Assembly (NCBI GenBank): GCA_964016885.1
Contig: CAXHJY010000424.1
Location: 62,001 to 126,000 of the forward strand
Reading direction: 5' to 3'
Length of the DNA stretch: 64,000 nucleotides
DNA from: Eledone cirrhosa
Taxonomy: Eukaryota
Under the pieces are notes generated by a model. It had not been told where the DNA came from. It ran no database searches and was given only the letters and a program-made list of their open reading frames with translations. This document shows, one piece after another, positions 63,478 through 64,000 of this stretch. Position numbers and translations under genes: made by a program. How positions within the stretch are numbered: the first letter of the stretch is position 1; each line of letters starts with the position of its first letter.

Positions 63478-64000
63478 ACCTATAATAAACGTGATCACCT
63501 GCATAAATTAATTAATTGAAGAAATAAATTTATTTAGTTTAATAGTTTTTCCTAATTCCATATTCTAAAATAGCAACTTTCCCAATATTAAACTAGTGAG
63601 AAATGGGTGGAGCACTTTTCTTGCAGTTATAACAATGATATGAGAAACGTTTCACAAATTGGTTCAATAATCACAACTTTAATCACATGTTTGATAATGT
63701 GTAAAGAAACTGAATTTATTAGTAAAGTATTTCTTTAAACCATCTTTATTGATACTACATATGCAAATTAAAACAAACAGATCTTTATACAATTCATGAG
63801 AAGCAATTGTAAATGATTCCCGGGCATGAAATTTTCACGCCTAACGTTAAGAGGAAAAGGAATTTTTTAAGCACGTTTTCTCCATGTGTAAATCAGACAT
63901 TTTTGTGGTTAAAAATATTATTTTTGTCTGCCTCTATTGTTTTACTAAAACGACAAATTCATACCAACCTAAACTTAGCCTAATCTCGTTTCCTGATCCA

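Overview
AT-rich animal genomic DNA, most likely an octopod cephalopod (inferred from the SINE, microsatellite and retroelement repertoire; not provable from the window alone). About 58 kb is a nested transposon graveyard separated by (TA)n, (CT)n and (AAT)n tracts: several Penelope-like elements (PLEs) with inverted pseudo-LTR arms, five or six Tx1/L1-type LINE copies, RTE LINEs, an R4/Dong-type RLE retrotransposon, a rearranged Gypsy/Ty3 element, mariner, hAT and Helitron relics, and a tRNA-derived SINE. One intact three-exon host gene (minus strand, 58152-63369) encodes a secreted protein of about 898 aa with 23 six-cysteine pacifastin/half-VWC-like modules. The most striking signal is non-coding. 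A perfect 310-bp x ~6.7 tandem array (6335-8421) carries a type I hammerhead ribozyme in every highly self-complementary unit, which makes it a retrozyme/circRNA candidate. It sits among at least ten further hammerhead or hammerhead-like motifs, including a U3-A8 compensatory-core variant. All coordinates were read by eye, so element boundaries are approximate.
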